Below the pieces are notes generated by a model. The model was not told the DNA's origin and searched no databases. It saw only the letters and a list, made by a program, of their open reading frames with translations. Positions 45,965 to 54,766 of a stretch of DNA of 64,000 nt are shown one piece after another. The stretch spans positions 1,516,361-1,580,360 of the forward strand of contig CBDDIF010000002.1 in assembly GCA_965228785.1 (NCBI GenBank), written 5' to 3'. The position numbers were made by a program, and so were the translations under genes. This DNA comes from Hoeflea sp. GTDB taxonomy: Bacteria > Pseudomonadota > Alphaproteobacteria > Rhizobiales > Rhizobiaceae. Every line of letters begins with the position of its first letter. Within the stretch, counting starts at the first letter, position 1.

Positions 45965-47025
45965 CGACTGAGCTCAAGCAATCCTGGCCGGCCCCCACCA
46001 AGCCGAAGCCCGTCCTCATCATCGGCGCCGGCGGTATCATTCGTGATGCTCACCTGCCGGCTTACCAAAAGGCGGATATCGTCGTCGGCGGTGTCACCGA
46101 TGTCGATGCCGCTCGCGCCCAGAGCCTGGCCACCGACTATGACATTCCCGCTATTCACGCCTCGCTTGCTGACGCCGTCGCCACGCATGGTACGGATGTG
46201 GTATACGACATCGCCACTCCGCCGCATGTTATCACTGAAATCCTTCCGGACCTTCCGGACGGTGCCGCCGTACTGATCCAGAAACCGATGGGGTCCGATC
46301 AGAACGAAGCCCGGCAAATCCGCCAGATATGCCGGGACAAAAGCCTCAAGGCGGCGGTCAATTTCCAATTGCGCTTCTCGCCAATGATGATGGCGGTAAA
46401 GGATGCAATCGACAAAGGCATGATCGGCGAGCTGCTCGAAATCGAAGTGCACCTCAACATCTTCACGCCATGGACGCTGTTTCCATTCCTGATTCCGATG
46501 GAGCGGGTAGAAATCGCTGTGCATTCGATCCACTATCTGGATACCATTCGCGCGCTGGCCGGCAATCCGCAGGGCGTTTTCGCGCGCAGTATGGGCGACC
46601 CGCGCGCTTCTGATTTCGCCCAGACCCGCACCTCGGTCATTCTCGACTACGGCGACCGGCTGCGCAGCACCATGTCGATCAACCACAACCACCAGGGAGG
46701 CCGAAAGTTCCAGTCGGCCTGGTTCCGGATCGAAGGGACCGAGGGCGCCATGATGGTCAAACTCGGAGTCATCTTCGATTACCCGAACGGTGAACCCGAC
46801 GAATTATGGTACTGCCAAAACGGCGGCGACTGGCAACAGATACCGCTTGAAGGCAGCTGGTTCATTGACGCCTTCATGGGCACGATGCGCAATGTTCAGC
46901 GATACGATGCCGGCGAGGACGACAGGCTCTACGCTTCCGTGGAGGATGCCTACGAGACGATGGCGCTCGTCGAGGCGTGTTTCAAATCAATGGAAACGCC
47001 GGCCGTAGGGCTTGAGCTGGATTAG
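45961..47025 (+). CDS. Gfo/Idh/MocA family oxidoreductase
   Basis: The ATG at 45961 overlaps the upstream stop (ATGA). PVLIIGAGGIIRDAHLPAY is the Rossmann start. Confidence 0.75.
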   Translation: MTTELKQSWPAPTKPKPVLIIGAGGIIRDAHLPAYQKADIVVGGVTDVDAARAQSLATDYDIPAIHASLADAVATHGTDVVYDIATPPHVITEILPDLPDGAAVLIQKPMGSDQNEARQIRQICRDKSLKAAVNFQLRFSPMMMAVKDAIDKGMIGELLEIEVHLNIFTPWTLFPFLIPMERVEIAVHSIHYLDTIRALAGNPQGVFARSMGDPRASDFAQTRTSVILDYGDRLRSTMSINHNHQGGRKFQSAWFRIEGTEGAMMVKLGVIFDYPNGEPDELWYCQNGGDWQQIPLEGSWFIDAFMGTMRNVQRYDAGEDDRLYASVEDAYETMALVEACFKSMETPAVGLELD

Positions 47026-47244
47026 CTCGGAACAATCAAGGACCGATGCTTCAAACGTCAAATCAATGACTACGCTCGCAGGCGATTACGTTCGCGTTCC
47101 GGTCAAGAAACATGGATATGGTCGGCACCGGGATGCGTCCATAACAAATATCAGCAGCCTTTACTTGCATTATGACTTTCGCGGTTGGATTAATAGCTGA
47201 CAAAGAATTTGGAGCGGCTACGCCAGATCTTAGGAAATTTGTCG

Positions 47245-47961
47245 ATGGGCAATCTGATTTATCTTACGCTTCCCTTTCGTACCTTTGCGGTCCTGACTGG
47301 CATCCTCCTTCTGGGGACCATGGTGTCCGGAGCATTTGCTCAGGAGTACGCGGTTGGTAGCTACAGAGCCTTCATCGGGCCGGAAGACCTTACCAATTCG
47401 CGCGGTGTTCGGCTGAGCACCGCTGAGCAGGTTCTGAGGCAGGACCGTGCCAACGTCTATCGGTACGGAATTGCCCAAGCGGGCGATGAAGATGACCCAT
47501 GGTTCTTCCAGCCGGGCGCCCGAGGCGCCATGGACGGTATGTTTCGCGCCGGCGGCGGGATCGATCCGCGGACGGCCCGGCTCATTCTGAACGGCAATGT
47601 TTCAGTCGTTGTCACCATTTTCGCGGTCGACGGCAACTTCACCTCGCTGCGGGTGGATGTGGCAGGCGCACCCAGGGCTGCGGCCACGGGTTTCGACATC
47701 GTTCGCCCCAGGCCCGGTCCCGATCCCGAAATGGGGTGCCTGGTGAGAGGCCTTGATCCAAACGGCGACGGATTTCTGGCACTGCGTGCCGGGCCAGGCA
47801 CCAGCTACCGACAAATCGGGGAGCTTCGAAACGGTGATGCCGCGTATCTCGGCGCCTTTTGCGAGGGGCGCTGGTGCTACGTGAACGGCGGTGCCATCGA
47901 CGGCCGGGAAACGAGCTTCGAGGGTTGGATCTACGACAAATGGTGCGAGTTTTATCCCTAG
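47245..47961 (+). CDS. Secreted hypothetical protein with C-terminal SH3-like region
   Basis: ATG at 47245 after AGGAAA. Signal-like MGNLIYLTLPFRTFAVLTGILLLGTMVSGAFA. The C-terminus ..GFLALRAGPGTSYRQIGELRNGDAAYL..RWCYV resembles bacterial SH3 domains. Confidence 0.5.
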   Translation: MGNLIYLTLPFRTFAVLTGILLLGTMVSGAFAQEYAVGSYRAFIGPEDLTNSRGVRLSTAEQVLRQDRANVYRYGIAQAGDEDDPWFFQPGARGAMDGMFRAGGGIDPRTARLILNGNVSVVVTIFAVDGNFTSLRVDVAGAPRAAATGFDIVRPRPGPDPEMGCLVRGLDPNGDGFLALRAGPGTSYRQIGELRNGDAAYLGAFCEGRWCYVNGGAIDGRETSFEGWIYDKWCEFYP

Positions 47962-48008
47962 ACTAGCCACGCGGCCCTGATTCATCTCAATTGCAAGGCC
48001 CTGCGATC

Positions 48009-49196
48009 TCAGTCGGCTGCGGTGAAAATTGCGAACGTACCGTTCTGCCCCTTGAGCGTTTCCTGTGCGACGAGTGTTGCGGATCCGGGGAGCTGGTCCG
48101 CGAAGTCCTGAGAAAACAGGATGGGTTTTTCGTGCCGACTGCAAAATCCCTCGATCCTTGCGGCAATGTTCACCGCTTGCCCCAATACGGTGAAGTCGAG
48201 GCGTGTTTCGGAGCCGATATTGCCATAGAGCACCTCGCCGAAATGCATGGCAATGCCAAACTCCAGTTCGAGCGGGGGCTCGAGCATCTGAGCATTCTGC
48301 AAGGCTTCTTGAGCCGCTGCCAAGGCCCTTTCGCATACGGTGTGAGGCCCTCGCCCGCTTTCGGTCGCGAAGACCGCAAGCAGGCCGTCACCAACAAACT
48401 TGAGGATCTCGCCTCCGTGGGCCTCGATGGCGCCGGCGACAACTTCGAAGTAGCGATTGGCGCGCGCCATTGCTTCTTCAGCCGGAAGTCGGCTGTTCAG
48501 CCCGCTCCAGTCGCGAATGTCGCTGACAAAGATCGCCGCGTCGATTTTCTCGATGTCGCCGCGGGTAATTTGCCCGTCGAGCACCCGCTTGCCGGTGCGC
48601 CGCCCGAGATACGCCTCTGCGACGGCGAGCGAAACGCTGCGCGCCTTGAACACCTCGACAATCGGTGCAAGCGCTGCGGCAATGGTTGTGACCGCCTGCA
48701 AATCCGCGGGTGAAAATCCGTCGATTCGATCGGTGACGAGAACCAGGATTGAAAACCGCCCATCGGAAAACAACATCGGAACGCCGAAATAGTCGGTCGC
48801 GCCGCGGGCGCGCAGCTCCTGCAACACGCTGTGGTCGTCTTCGGTCAGTTGGTCCAGACGCCTGCGAAAGGGCTGCATTGTCTCACTGATGACGGTGAGC
48901 GGACTGCCGGCGAAACCCGCACGGCTCTCGAGGCCGTGGGACGATTCCAGGTGGTGCGTGCCGGTATCGCGCTCCCAAAGTGACGAGACGGCCACTACCA
49001 GCGGATGCAGAGTGCGCATCGAAATACGCAACCGCCAGATCGGGGCACCGGCCGCAATCATTTGCGGCCCAAGCTCGCCGACAAGCGCGTCCAGATCGGG
49101 TAGGAACCGGCCCTCCCGCATCATCCAGTCGACGATGGATGCCGAATCCCAGGACAGAGAGGTGTCGTCATTCATGGTCGATCGGTCTCCATGCAT
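48009..49196 (-). CDS. Class III adenylate/guanylate cyclase with N-terminal sensor region
   Basis: Cyclase core ..AIFVSDIRDWSGL..KFVGDGLLAVF..GIAMHFGEVLYGNIGSETRLDFTVLGQAVNIAARIEG. The start (49196 or 49175) is uncertain. Confidence 0.85.
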   Translation of the reverse strand: MHGDRSTMNDDTSLSWDSASIVDWMMREGRFLPDLDALVGELGPQMIAAGAPIWRLRISMRTLHPLVVAVSSLWERDTGTHHLESSHGLESRAGFAGSPLTVISETMQPFRRRLDQLTEDDHSVLQELRARGATDYFGVPMLFSDGRFSILVLVTDRIDGFSPADLQAVTTIAAALAPIVEVFKARSVSLAVAEAYLGRRTGKRVLDGQITRGDIEKIDAAIFVSDIRDWSGLNSRLPAEEAMARANRYFEVVAGAIEAHGGEILKFVGDGLLAVFATESGRGPHTVCERALAAAQEALQNAQMLEPPLELEFGIAMHFGEVLYGNIGSETRLDFTVLGQAVNIAARIEGFCSRHEKPILFSQDFADQLPGSATLVAQETLKGQNGTFAIFTAAD

Positions 49197-49217
49197 GACG
49201 CCGAACGCCGATTGTCC

Positions 49218-50000
49218 TCACCCGTCACCGTCCGATGCACCGCCGCCAAGGCTGCGGGTCAAAGCGCGTGCCGTGTCGACAAGTTCACGGCGACAATCCT
49301 CAAACGTCAGGGTTTCATGGTAGCGCTCGATGTGCGGGATTGTCAGAGCGGCGACGGCCCGACCCGAATGATCGATGATCGGGGCCGAGACATTGACGAT
49401 CCCGCGAACGACGAAACTGTCGCGCACCTCGTATCCTTTTTCGCGGATGGTCTGCAGATCCTTGCGCACCATTTCCTGGCTCATTTCTGCCGGCAACGGC
49501 ACGCTGGCGAAGTAGGAGGCGACTTCGTCTTCCGGCAAATTGGCCAGGATGACGCGACCCGAGGAGGCCGCCCAAAGTTCGATTTTTGCACCCAGGCGCA
49601 CGGTCATGATGTTGTTGCCCGGCGCATCGACCTGGCCGATGATCAGGATGCTTTCATCGGCGAGAATGGCTAGATGCGAAGATTGGTTGGTGGATTTGGC
49701 AAGGGCACGCATGAGCGGCCCTGCAAAGGCGCTGAGGCGTCGGATTTTCGGAATCCGATGGGATATCTCGAACAGAAAAGTCGTCAGGATGTAGCGATCG
49801 CTAGTCGGCTCCTGAGCGACATAGCCGCGATCCATCAACACCACCAGCATACGAAAAATCTCGCCCACAGAACGACCCAGTGCCCTGGCGATCTCCGACT
49901 GACTCATGCCGGTCTCCTGGGTCGACAGCAATTCAATGATGTCGAGGCCCTTTTCAAGAGCGGGTGCCGAATAGGTCTGGCGCTTCACCGGCTTGTCCAT
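49218..50000 (-). CDS. IclR family transcriptional regulator
   Basis: The ATG at 50000 follows AAGGGTG. ..SAPALEKGLDIIELLS..MSQSEIARALGRSVGEIFRML is an IclR wHTH. Confidence 0.85.
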   Translation of the reverse strand: MDKPVKRQTYSAPALEKGLDIIELLSTQETGMSQSEIARALGRSVGEIFRMLVVLMDRGYVAQEPTSDRYILTTFLFEISHRIPKIRRLSAFAGPLMRALAKSTNQSSHLAILADESILIIGQVDAPGNNIMTVRLGAKIELWAASSGRVILANLPEDEVASYFASVPLPAEMSQEMVRKDLQTIREKGYEVRDSFVVRGIVNVSAPIIDHSGRAVAALTIPHIERYHETLTFEDCRRELVDTARALTRSLGGGASDGDG

Positions 50001-50124
50001 GCACCCTTTATAACCGGCGACCACAACCTTTCCAATTTGTAAGAATGTGGGTCCGCAATTTCGCCCAATTGTCTGATAGGCCGCCGGCAACTAGATTATC
50101 CGACAGAATTCAAGGGGTGCATGC

Positions 50125-51018
50125 TTGGCCCGAAGCAACAGCGTCTACAAGGAAACCTTCAACCTGGGGCTCGACCTGGTTGCCGGACTGGGAGTCAATG
50201 CCAACTTGCCGCCAGAGACCTCTCTGGCCGCACGCTGGAAGACCAGCCGCACCACCGTGCGTGCGGTTCTCGAACAGTTCGACCGCAGTGGGTTGATCGC
50301 CTGGGAGGGCCGGCAGAAACGCGTCCTGCGTCAGCCCAGGACTGACGAATATTTCGGTGCCGAGGAGGTAAAGCCGACCAGCAAGAAGGTCGAAGCAGCC
50401 TTCATGACATACATTCTCGACGGTGATCTGGCCCCGGGCACGATCTTGCGCGAGAGTGAATTGGTGCGCGAATTCGGGGTGAGCACTTCTGCGTTGCGTG
50501 AATATCTGATCCGGTTCTCCCGGTTCGGGCTAATCCGCAAGGAACCGAATCGGCACTGGGTCTTGGTCGGTTTCACCCGCGACTTCGCTGTCGAACTGTT
50601 CGACGTGCGCGAGATGTTCGAAATGCGGGCCTTTCGCCGTTTTGCCTCCGAACCGCTATCGGCCGACGACCGAGTTAAGCTTGACCAGCTGCAAGAAGAG
50701 CATCTCGCGTTGATCGCCGATATCGACAACGATTTTCTTAGCTTTCCGCGCCTCGATGAACGTTTCCACGAGACGTTCCTGTCTCGCATGAACAACCGCT
50801 TCGCCGACGACTTTTTTGAGCTGGTATCTCTGATCTTCCACTACCATTACCGGTGGAGAAAGGTCGACGAACGTGATCGCAACCTGGCTGCTGCACGAGA
50901 ACATCTCAGGGTGATCCGTGCCCTGCGTGCCGGCAATCAGGCCGTCGCGGAAAGAGCATTCGCCCAGCACCTTCAGACCGCTCGCAAGACGCTGCTGAAG
51001 TCCGTTACCTGGTCTTGA
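50125..51018 (+). CDS. GntR family transcriptional regulator with FCD ligand domain
   Basis: ..PPETSLAARWKTSRTTVRAVLEQF.. and a second ..ESELVREFGVSTSALREYLIRF.. wHTH-like segment, followed by an FCD-like helical domain. The start is a TTG and is uncertain. Confidence 0.7.
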   Translation: MARSNSVYKETFNLGLDLVAGLGVNANLPPETSLAARWKTSRTTVRAVLEQFDRSGLIAWEGRQKRVLRQPRTDEYFGAEEVKPTSKKVEAAFMTYILDGDLAPGTILRESELVREFGVSTSALREYLIRFSRFGLIRKEPNRHWVLVGFTRDFAVELFDVREMFEMRAFRRFASEPLSADDRVKLDQLQEEHLALIADIDNDFLSFPRLDERFHETFLSRMNNRFADDFFELVSLIFHYHYRWRKVDERDRNLAAAREHLRVIRALRAGNQAVAERAFAQHLQTARKTLLKSVTWS

Positions 51019-51021
51019 GGG

Positions 51022-52644
51022 CTACAGTTTGCCCATCACGAGATCGGCGCAGCGATCGCCCAGCATCATGGCCGGGGCATTCGTATTTCCGGCGTTGATG
51101 TTGGGCACCGCCGACATGTCGCAGACCCGCAAGCCATCAACACCCCTCACCCGCATCCGGGCGTCGAGCACTGCGAATGGATCACCATCGGCACCCATAC
51201 GGGCTGAACCTGCGGGATGATAGTTGGTTTTGACGAACCTTCGGCAGTGCGCCGCTATCGTCTCGTCCGTGGCCTTGTCCGGATCCGGGATCACCACGCG
51301 TTCGATGCGGCTGGCAAGCGGATCTTGTTGAAAAGCGCGCATGAAGAACCGCTGGCCGGCCACCATGTCCCGCATGTCTTGTGGATCCTTCAATAGGTGG
51401 GGCGATACCAGGGGCATGGCCTTCGGATCCGCCGATGCGAGCCGCACGGATCCGCGCGAACGAGGTTTGACGACCACGGTGGTAATGGTCACTCCGTAAC
51501 CATCTTCGACAAGCCCTTGGGTATCGCGGTCAAGGTACACGATCGGAACGCAGAAGGCCTGGATGGTCGGCGGCGCCACCGGATCAACCGGATTGACGAA
51601 AGCACCGGCTTCGACACCGGCTGACGTGACGGGACCGGACCCGAACAACTTGAACTGAATGCCGTTTTTCAGCATGCGCCATCCAACACCCTGGCGGTAA
51701 TAACCGTAAGGGCCGTTGGCGACGGCGGTGGTCGGAACCTCAGGATGATCGATCAGATTGCTGCCGACACCGGCCATGTCGGCGACGACCTCGATGCCGT
51801 GTTGTTTCAGGTGATCGGCCGGCCCGAGCCCTGACAGCATCAAAAGCTTCGGGGTCACAAGGGCGCCGGCGGACACGATGATCTCGCCATTCGCTTCTGC
51901 CCGTTGCACTGCGCCGCTGCGATCGCGGTACTCAACGGCCACCGCACGCCCGTTTTCGATCACAATGCGCTGCGCTTCGCTGTGCAGGCGCACCGTCAGG
52001 TTCGGGTTGTTCTCAACCGGCGATATGTAGGCGTAAGCTGCCGAGCTTCGTTTCCCGTGGCGGTTCATGAATTGATAGAAGCCGACCCCACGCTGCGCCG
52101 GCCCGTTGAAATCGGGATTGTATGGTTCGCCCATGGCCTGCACGGCCTGCACGAACCAGCGGGACACTTCGTTGACATGACCGGGATCAGATACCAGCAG
52201 CGGACCTTCCGCACCATGCAGATCATTGTAGAGGCGGTTGTTGCCTTCCATGCGCTTGAAATGCTGCAGGACGTCGCTCCATCCCCAGCCGATGCGATCA
52301 TTGTTGCCCTTCAGGATGTCGTCCCATTCGTCGTAGTCGGAGGGGCGGCCACGCATGTAGACCTGTGCGTTGACCGAGGAGCCGCCGCCCAGGACATGGC
52401 CCTGGGGAATGTCATGCACGCGGCCATCCAGATGGTCCTGCGGTTCCGTCTGATGGTAACGCATGAACTTGGAACCGTTGATCATCTTGAAGATGCCGGG
52501 TGGCATATCGAGCAGCGGATGGCGGTTCGAATGGCCTGCCTCGAGCAGCAACACCCGGGCGCCGCCCTCGTCAGCCAACCGCGCAGCCGCCACGCACCCG
52601 GAAGAACCGCCACCGACAACGATATGGTCGAACCGCTCGGTCAC
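51022..52644 (-). CDS. GMC family oxidoreductase (choline dehydrogenase-like)
   Basis: FDHIVVGGGSSGCVAAARLA FAD motif, a C-terminal ..HPAGSARMG.. and ..MSAVPNINAGNTNAPAMMLG... 540 aa. Confidence 0.9.
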   Translation of the reverse strand: MTERFDHIVVGGGSSGCVAAARLADEGGARVLLLEAGHSNRHPLLDMPPGIFKMINGSKFMRYHQTEPQDHLDGRVHDIPQGHVLGGGSSVNAQVYMRGRPSDYDEWDDILKGNNDRIGWGWSDVLQHFKRMEGNNRLYNDLHGAEGPLLVSDPGHVNEVSRWFVQAVQAMGEPYNPDFNGPAQRGVGFYQFMNRHGKRSSAAYAYISPVENNPNLTVRLHSEAQRIVIENGRAVAVEYRDRSGAVQRAEANGEIIVSAGALVTPKLLMLSGLGPADHLKQHGIEVVADMAGVGSNLIDHPEVPTTAVANGPYGYYRQGVGWRMLKNGIQFKLFGSGPVTSAGVEAGAFVNPVDPVAPPTIQAFCVPIVYLDRDTQGLVEDGYGVTITTVVVKPRSRGSVRLASADPKAMPLVSPHLLKDPQDMRDMVAGQRFFMRAFQQDPLASRIERVVIPDPDKATDETIAAHCRRFVKTNYHPAGSARMGADGDPFAVLDARMRVRGVDGLRVCDMSAVPNINAGNTNAPAMMLGDRCADLVMGKL

Positions 52645-53378
52645 AGCTGATCCTCATCGAACGTGACACGAACATATTCCCAGGCGGCGCGCAGGTGATT
52701 GCCCAGCGCCTCTTCTGCGCCATCCGGATCTCTATCGACGATCGCGTCGAAGATGGCCTGGTGGCTGCGATAGTTGACGATGTTGCGGTCCGGCGACCGG
52801 AGCATCTTTTCCCAATGGGGAGCGAGCCAGGAGGTATAGCCTTCATGAACGGCGGGAAATATCGGATTTCTGGGGATGCGGTAGAGAACCCCATGAAAGG
52901 CCACGTCGGTTGCGTAAAACGCTTCGGAATCATCAACTGCCTGCTCATTGGCCGCCAGGGCGGATCTCAAATTGGCAATGTCCACCTTCTGCGCTGACTG
53001 GGCGGCCTGCCGGACCAGGGCGCGTTCCAGGAAAATCCGGCTGTCGTATAGGTTTTTCACGCCACCGCGTTCCGAGAGCAAATGGCGAACAATACCTCCA
53101 ACTGCCGTCAATGCGGTCTCGTAGTCCGGCTTTCGCACAATCGGCCGGAAGCGCGGCCGGCTTTCGATCATGCCTCGGTTTGACAAGGTGGCTATGGCTT
53201 CCCGAATGACGGTGCGGCTGGCGCCGAACTGCTCCATAAGCGCCCGTTCAGCCGGCAATGGCGCCCTGTCTTCGAGCACGCCTGACATGATCTGCTCCTC
53301 TAGACGCGCGATGACCGCGTCCGCAGCCCTGCCCTGCCGGTCCTCTGTCGAAGCCGCCATGTCAAAGCTGTTTTCCAT
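52641..53378 (-). CDS. GntR/FadR family transcriptional regulator
   Basis: ..LPAERALMEQFGASRTVIREAIATLSNRGMIE wHTH plus an FCD-like domain. The stop overlaps the GMC oxidoreductase start. The start is uncertain (53360, 53378 or 53405). Confidence 0.8.
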   Translation of the reverse strand: MENSFDMAASTEDRQGRAADAVIARLEEQIMSGVLEDRAPLPAERALMEQFGASRTVIREAIATLSNRGMIESRPRFRPIVRKPDYETALTAVGGIVRHLLSERGGVKNLYDSRIFLERALVRQAAQSAQKVDIANLRSALAANEQAVDDSEAFYATDVAFHGVLYRIPRNPIFPAVHEGYTSWLAPHWEKMLRSPDRNIVNYRSHQAIFDAIVDRDPDGAEEALGNHLRAAWEYVRVTFDEDQL

Positions 53379-53556
53379 GCCGTTCACACTCGATCCCTTC
53401 GTCATGTCCAGCGTCTTGCAACGCAAAAACCAGAATATGGTATGATCAAAATAGCATTCCTTGCGCGCTTGTCTACCCAACAGAGGAGCTCTATCAGCAC
53501 AATTTTTCCAGAACCAATTGACTTTTGGTCTGAATATGCTTCTATTCGTTTTATAT

Positions 53557-53571
53557 TTTGGTCATACCAAA
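53557..53571. promoter_or_regulatory. Candidate GntR/FadR-type operator TTTGGT-CAT-ACCAAA
   Basis: 15-nt palindrome in the AT-richer divergent region between the GntR gene and the sugar ABC operon. Related half-sites: ACCAA-N7-TTGGT at about 53513-53529 and TTGACCAA at about 53587-53594. Confidence 0.45.
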
Positions 53572-53712
53572 TTTTGATATTTGGGATTGACCAAGGTTTT
53601 GACGGGCATCTGCGCAAGCAGACCGTTTTGTGGATTTGAGCTGAGGAACGAGATCAACCGCCTGTTACGGCACTTTCGCCGGTCCAAGCACCGGCAATTC
53701 AAGGAGGAGAAA

Positions 53713-54696
53713 ATGAAGAGAAGAACTTTGCTGGGCACCGCCGCCGCCATCGGTTTCGGACTGGCTTCGATTGCAACGGTGGCGACGGCCTCCGACTTGC
53801 CCCCATTGGAGAAAAAGGACCGTTACAAGGTTGGTTTTTCGCAAATGGAAAGCAACAATCCTTGGCGGATCGCCGAAACAAAATCGTTTCACGACACCGC
53901 GGAAAAATGCAACTGGGACCTGATCGCCACCGATGCAGCAGGCTCCGCAGCCAAACAGGTTGCCGACGTCGACAGCATGATCGCACAGGGCATCGACGTT
54001 TTGTTCTTGCCGCCGCGGGAAGAAAAGCCGCTCATTCCGGCGGTCATGAAAGCGAAGGCTGCAGGCATTCCGACATTCCTGGTCGACCGCTCCGTCGATC
54101 CCAATGTCGCGCGACCAGGTGAACATTTTGTCGCCTTCCTCGGATCGGACTTCATCGATCAGGGTCGGCGCGTCGCCGAATGGACCCTGGCCAATTTCAA
54201 AGGCGACAAGGGTATCGTCGTTGAACTCGAAGGCACCACCGGTTCGTCACCGGCCAATGACCGGAAAAAGGGTTTCGACGATGTCATGGCAAAGCATGAC
54301 AACATGACGATCGTCGCGTCACAGAGTGGCGACTTCGCCCGCGACCTCGGTCGCCAGGTCATGGAAACGTTGCTACAGGCGCATCCCGACGTGAACATTG
54401 TCTACGCGCACAATGACGAGATGGCCATTGGCGCCATTCAGGCTCTTGAGCTTGCCGGTCGCAAACCTGGTGATGACGTGCTCGTCGTGTCGATCGACGG
54501 GACGCGTGATGCGCTGCAGGCGATCATCGACGGCAAAATGGGTGTCACAGTGGAGTCATCCCCGTTCTTCGGTCCGCTGGCCTGTGAGGTCATGACCCGT
54601 TATGCCAATGGTGAGGAGATCGAGCACTGGGTGCAGGTCAAGGACCGGATCTTCACCGCGGAAAATGCCGCCGATCACATCGACGAGGCATACTGA
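53713..54696 (+). CDS. Sugar ABC transporter substrate-binding protein (ribose/CUT2 type)
   Basis: ATG at 53713 after AAGGAGGAGAA. Signal peptide MKRRTLLGTAAAIGFGLASIATVATA. Periplasmic binding protein type I pattern. Confidence 0.85.
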   Translation: MKRRTLLGTAAAIGFGLASIATVATASDLPPLEKKDRYKVGFSQMESNNPWRIAETKSFHDTAEKCNWDLIATDAAGSAAKQVADVDSMIAQGIDVLFLPPREEKPLIPAVMKAKAAGIPTFLVDRSVDPNVARPGEHFVAFLGSDFIDQGRRVAEWTLANFKGDKGIVVELEGTTGSSPANDRKKGFDDVMAKHDNMTIVASQSGDFARDLGRQVMETLLQAHPDVNIVYAHNDEMAIGAIQALELAGRKPGDDVLVVSIDGTRDALQAIIDGKMGVTVESSPFFGPLACEVMTRYANGEEIEHWVQVKDRIFTAENAADHIDEAY

Positions 54697-54766
54697 TCGC
54701 CGCATCGTGGAAGGGGTTGGCCTCCCCGGCCCCTTCCACCTACTTTGAGGACGGACCGAAAAACCC

